Part shown: in pieces, positions 58,142 to 64,000 of the stretch
How positions within the stretch are numbered: position 1 is the first letter of the stretch
Layout of the letters: every line of letters begins with the position of its first letter
Source: an uncultured Paludibaculum sp.
Lineage (GTDB): Bacteria; Acidobacteriota; Terriglobia; Bryobacterales; Bryobacteraceae
Assembly (NCBI RefSeq): GCF_963665245.2
Contig: NZ_CAXXEY010000003.1
Location: forward strand, 1,083,895 to 1,147,894
Direction of reading: 5' to 3'
Length of the DNA stretch: 64,000 bases
Notes under the pieces: model-generated
What the model was told of the DNA's origin: nothing
What the model saw: the letters and a program-made list of their open reading frames with translations, nothing else
Database searches by the model: none
Made by a program: the position numbers and the translations under genes

Positions 58142-59272
58142 TCAGCCGAGGCGGCTGGCCCGCTCGGCTACAACGGTTACCTGCATGTCACTGGCGAGGC
58201 GGACCACCTTCATCACGAAGTCGCGCAGCACCACCAGCCCCACCAGCCGCTTGGGCGGTTTGGACAGAAAGATCTGGGTGACGCCGTTGCGACGCGCAAA
58301 CTCGACCAGTGCGGCCGCCTGGTCTTCGCCTTCCAGGACTCGGGTCTCCACACGCAGCTTGCGGGCGAACTCCAGGTGCTGCTCCAGCGCCAGACGCGCC
58401 GGCGCGGGCAGTTGGGACAGGTCCGCCACGGGCAGAATGCACACGGCAAAGCAGTCCGCCTGAAGGTAGTCCGCCACGCGGCGCCCGCGCCGGATCAACC
58501 CCGCTGTCGTGGGCGATTCGGAGATATGGATGAGGATCTTCTCCCTGAGGGTCTCCCTATTGCCGTTGGTGGCCGTGTGTTCCGAATGAACGATTGGTTC
58601 GGTCTCAGTGTGGCGAACATCCACTTCGTGCGCTGCCTGACGCATGGCTAACTCCCGCAGAGCCGCCAGGGCCGGCTCCTTGAAAAAATTCTGTATGGCG
58701 CGTTGCGCCTTGTCCGGCGCGTAGACCACTCCGCGTTGCAGCCGGTTGAGCAACGCGGTGGGCGGCACATCGACGAGAACGAGTTCCGCGGCCTGCTTCA
58801 CCACCCAGTCCGGAATCGTCTCGCGAACCTGAATGCCGGTAATCTCCCGCATCTGGTCGTTCAGGCTCTCCAGATGCTGGATGTTCATGGTGGTGTACAC
58901 GTCGATGCCCGCGTCGAGGAGAGCCATGACATCTTCCCAGCGTTTCCCTCGCTCCACTCCGGGCACGTTGGTGTGGGGGAACTCGTCCACCAGGCAGGTC
59001 TCGGGCTGGCGGGCGAGAATCGCCGGCGTGTCCATCTCCTCGAAGGTTCGTCCCCGGTAGTCGATTGTGCGCCGTGGGATCAGTTCGAGACCCTCTATCT
59101 TGGCGATGGTGTCCTGCCGGCCATGCGGCTCAAAGTAACCCACGACGACGTCGTGGCCGTCGCGTTGCAGTTGCTGGCCCTCCTCCAGCATTTTGAAGGT
59201 CTTGCCGACGCCGGCCGCGTATCCGAGGATGATCTTCAGCCGCCCCGCTGGGTGGGGCCCCGGCTCAGTCAC
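58142..59272 (-). CDS. kdpD: Truncated KdpD (KdpD N-terminal + USP domains only), copy 2
   Basis: GYAAGVGKT, VDEFPHTN, TTMNIQHLESLND; USP; no TM or kinase domain. Confidence 0.88.
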   Translation of the reverse strand: MTEPGPHPAGRLKIILGYAAGVGKTFKMLEEGQQLQRDGHDVVVGYFEPHGRQDTIAKIEGLELIPRRTIDYRGRTFEEMDTPAILARQPETCLVDEFPHTNVPGVERGKRWEDVMALLDAGIDVYTTMNIQHLESLNDQMREITGIQVRETIPDWVVKQAAELVLVDVPPTALLNRLQRGVVYAPDKAQRAIQNFFKEPALAALRELAMRQAAHEVDVRHTETEPIVHSEHTATNGNRETLREKILIHISESPTTAGLIRRGRRVADYLQADCFAVCILPVADLSQLPAPARLALEQHLEFARKLRVETRVLEGEDQAAALVEFARRNGVTQIFLSKPPKRLVGLVVLRDFVMKVVRLASDMQVTVVAERASRLG

Positions 59273-60396
59273 ATTGCTCCTCCAGAGTGAGGGAAGATTC
59301 TGACGTCAATGCCTTCGGATTCCAGGACGAGCCGCTCCACGGGGTTGGGCCGCCAACTGTTCCACCAGCGAGTACGCTGGCTGTGACCCACGAAGATCTG
59401 GGTAACGCCGTGTTCACCGGCAAATTTGACGATGGCGCCCACTGGATCCTCGCCATGCAGGACGTGAACCTGCGCGTGCGCCTCCTCAGAAAGTCGTAAG
59501 TTCATGTCCAGCGTCTTGCGGTCTTCCTCGCCCAGATCGCTCTGCTCCACATAGACGGCGTAGAGCTCACCATGGAAGCGCTCGGCCTGCCGGCGGGCCC
59601 GGCGGATCATCAACGCCGCGTTGGATCGAGGAGTCAAGCAGACCAGAATCCTCTCGTTCGCCCCATAGTGCTGCTCCAGGCCGTTCCTGTGCAAGTACTC
59701 TTCCAACTGATGATCCACCACTTCCGCGGCGAGCAAAAGGGCGATCTCGCGCAGTTCCGAGAGCTGTCTGGCGAACTCCTCAGGGGCTAACGGTACGCCG
59801 GGCTTACTGTTGGCGCGATCGACGCAGTACTCGGGTGGAGCGTCGACGATCTCAATCTCGTCCGCCGTCAGCAGGAACGAGACCGGCACAGACTCCTTCG
59901 CCACCCGGCCGCGAATGGCCTCCACCTGCTGCTGCCGCTCCTGCACATACTGCAGATTGATGGAGGTAATGACGGAAATACCGCTGAGCAGGAGTTCCTC
60001 GACATCCTGCCAGCGGTACTGGTTCCTTGAGCCGGGCGGATTGTTGTAGGCCAGCCCGTCGATGAGACACACCGAGGGATGGCGTTTTTTGATGGTGGGG
60101 ACGTCCACCGCGGGTGCCCCCATGTCCATGCGTGGCGGGATGACCTCAAAATGCCCAATGAGCTCCGTCACATCATCGGACACCGCATGTTGCGCCGCGG
60201 CGACCACCACGTCCTGGCCGCGCTGTTTTCGGCGCCTACCCTCGTCCAGCATCCGGAACGATTTGCCCACTCCGGAGGCATAGCCGAGGAAGATCTTCAG
60301 CTTTCCGCGTCGCGCATGGCGCTCTTCCATCTCGGCCTGCCGGAGGAACTTCTCCGGACTTGGCCTGCGATCCACTTCAGTCATAAACCGCTCCAC
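59269..60396 (-). CDS. kdpD: Truncated KdpD (KdpD N-terminal + USP domains only), copy 1
   Basis: GYASGVGKS, IDGLAYNN..RWQDVEELL, LRELREIAL-like helix; USP; no TM or kinase domain. Confidence 0.85.
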   Translation of the reverse strand: MERFMTEVDRRPSPEKFLRQAEMEERHARRGKLKIFLGYASGVGKSFRMLDEGRRRKQRGQDVVVAAAQHAVSDDVTELIGHFEVIPPRMDMGAPAVDVPTIKKRHPSVCLIDGLAYNNPPGSRNQYRWQDVEELLLSGISVITSINLQYVQERQQQVEAIRGRVAKESVPVSFLLTADEIEIVDAPPEYCVDRANSKPGVPLAPEEFARQLSELREIALLLAAEVVDHQLEEYLHRNGLEQHYGANERILVCLTPRSNAALMIRRARRQAERFHGELYAVYVEQSDLGEEDRKTLDMNLRLSEEAHAQVHVLHGEDPVGAIVKFAGEHGVTQIFVGHSQRTRWWNSWRPNPVERLVLESEGIDVRIFPHSGGAM

Positions 60397-60397
60397 T

Positions 60398-60982
60398 TCA
60401 CTTGGCTGGTGGGAACTTCTGATCCATAGCCATATTCAGGGCCAACACATTCACGCGCGGCTCGCCCAATATGCCCAGGTCGCGGCCTTCCGTGGTCTGG
60501 TCGATCAGGGCGTTGACCTGCTCCACGCCGACACCCCGCGCCGATGCCACGCGGGCCGCCTGGGCCAGGGCCGCGGCCGGAGTGATGTGAGGATCCAGCC
60601 CGCTACCGCTGGCGGTGAGGATGTCGGCCGGGATTGGTTCGGTGTAGCCGGGGTTCTCCTTGTGGAACTGGTCAGCCGAGGCTTTCACGCGGTCCACCAG
60701 TTTCTGGCTCGTTGCGCCGAGATTTGATCCGCTGGACGCCGCGGCGTCATAGCCGTCGGAGCCGGCGGCCGACGGGCGCGGATGAAAATAGCCCGGCTTA
60801 CTGAAGTTCTGTCCGATCAGGCTCGATCCCACGACGCGGCCGTTGATCGAGAGCAGACTGCCGTTCGCCTGACGGGGGAACAGCACCTGGCAGAGCGGCG
60901 TGACGATGCCGGGGTAGGCGAGACCGGTAAGCGCAGTCAGTACCAAGGTCAATCGCAATCCGGGTAGAAGTTGTTTCCACAT
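60398..60982 (-). CDS. kdpC: K+-transporting ATPase subunit C
   Basis: QANGSL, LIGQNF, FHPRPSA, TASGSGLDPHI, VNVLALN. Confidence 0.96.
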   Translation of the reverse strand: MWKQLLPGLRLTLVLTALTGLAYPGIVTPLCQVLFPRQANGSLLSINGRVVGSSLIGQNFSKPGYFHPRPSAAGSDGYDAAASSGSNLGATSQKLVDRVKASADQFHKENPGYTEPIPADILTASGSGLDPHITPAAALAQAARVASARGVGVEQVNALIDQTTEGRDLGILGEPRVNVLALNMAMDQKFPPAK

Positions 60983-60992
60983 ATAGGCCTCC

Positions 60993-63122
<2,130 letters not shown>

Positions 63123-63124
63123 GA

Positions 63125-64000
63125 CTAGAAGAGCCTCCCCTGTTGCATCAGGAAGTGTTCGACGATGGGTGTCAACGACAACGCCGGGAAGAAAGTGAGT
63201 GCGCCGACAATGACGACGGTGCCCGCCAAAAGGCCCACAAAGAGGGGGCCATGAGTGGGGAATGTGCCGCTGGTGACGGGCACGCGCTTCTTGGCGGCCA
63301 GACTGCCGGCGGCCGCCAGCAGCGGGATGATCATCAGGAACCGGCCCACCAGCATTGCCAGCCCGATGGTGAGGTTATACCAGGGGGTGTTCGCGCTGAT
63401 GCCGGCGAAGGCGCTGCCATTGTTCGCGGCGCCGCTGGAGTAGGCGTAGAGAATCTCCGCCAGTCCATGCGGTCCGCTGTTGTTCAGGTTTCCGGTGCCT
63501 GCCCCGTAAGAGCCGTTCCAGTATGCGTCTTTCGGGAACTGGATCACGGCCGTGATGCCCGAGAACAGCAGGATGGCGGCCGAGGTGGCGAGCATCGCCA
63601 GCATGGCCATCTTTACTTCCTTGCTCTCGATCTTTTTGCCCAGATATTCCGGCGTGCGGCCCACCATTAGTCCGGCGATGAACACGGCGACGATGGCGAA
63701 CAGGAGCATGCCGTAGAGCCCGGCGCCTACACCACCGAAGATGACTTCGCCCAGGTGCAGGTTGAAGAGCGGGACCAGGCCCCCCAGCGGTGTGAAGCTG
63801 TCGTGCATGCCGTTGACGGCGCCGCAACTGGCGTCGGTGGTGGCGGTGGCAAAAAGAGCGGTGGCGGCGATGCCGAAGCGTACTTCCTTGCCCTCCATGT
63901 TGCCGCCGGGTTGGTTGGCGGTGGCCGCGGTCTGCAGGCCCATCTTAGCGAGGATCGGATTGCCGGCCTGCTCGGATGCATAGAGCGCAAAGACTCCGGC
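63125..64000 (-). CDS. kdpA: K+-transporting ATPase subunit A (5'-truncated by window)
   Basis: [34 protein letters not shown]; frame open to the window edge. Confidence 0.97.
   Translation of the reverse strand, partial: AGVFALYASEQAGNPILAKMGLQTAATANQPGGNMEGKEVRFGIAATALFATATTDASCGAVNGMHDSFTPLGGLVPLFNLHLGEVIFGGVGAGLYGMLLFAIVAVFIAGLMVGRTPEYLGKKIESKEVKMAMLAMLATSAAILLFSGITAVIQFPKDAYWNGSYGAGTGNLNNSGPHGLAEILYAYSSGAANNGSAFAGISANTPWYNLTIGLAMLVGRFLMIIPLLAAAGSLAAKKRVPVTSGTFPTHGPLFVGLLAGTVVIVGALTFFPALSLTPIVEHFLMQQGRLF

Overview
A GC-rich bacterial chromosome segment, most likely from an acidobacterium (Bryobacteraceae/Solibacter-like). That assignment is inferred from gene content: hpnJ/hpnI, a CarboxypepD_reg TonB-dependent receptor and propeller-type sensor kinases. 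The left arm (1-22.6 kb) holds ctaA, sdhCAB, exported hydrolases and a TonB receptor/sulfatase locus. The right arm (44.5-64 kb) holds a heparinase-type catabolic operon, hpnJ-SMR-SMR-hpnI, divergent lpxA/lpxD and a kdpABC operon followed by two kinase-less KdpD paralogues. Between them (about 22.9-44.1 kb) lies an accessory, partly decaying detoxification region. Its most notable element is an ArsM-like SAM methyltransferase whose apparent stop is an in-frame UGA at the conserved catalytic Cys position (WFS-U-IAGA). The frame stays open for 47 more codons and a SECIS-like hairpin follows, so this is a probable selenoprotein. It sits behind an ArsR-rhodanese regulator and opposite a nucleoside phosphorylase. 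The region also carries tandem ArsC reductases (one with a signal peptide) behind an arsR that has lost its HTH, two further deletion-generated pseudogenes, a carbonyl-stress operon, a CTG-start membrane gene absent from the ORF track, and several readable operators. I saw no rRNA, tRNA, CRISPR array, integrase or transposase. All family assignments come from motif recognition, not database searches.
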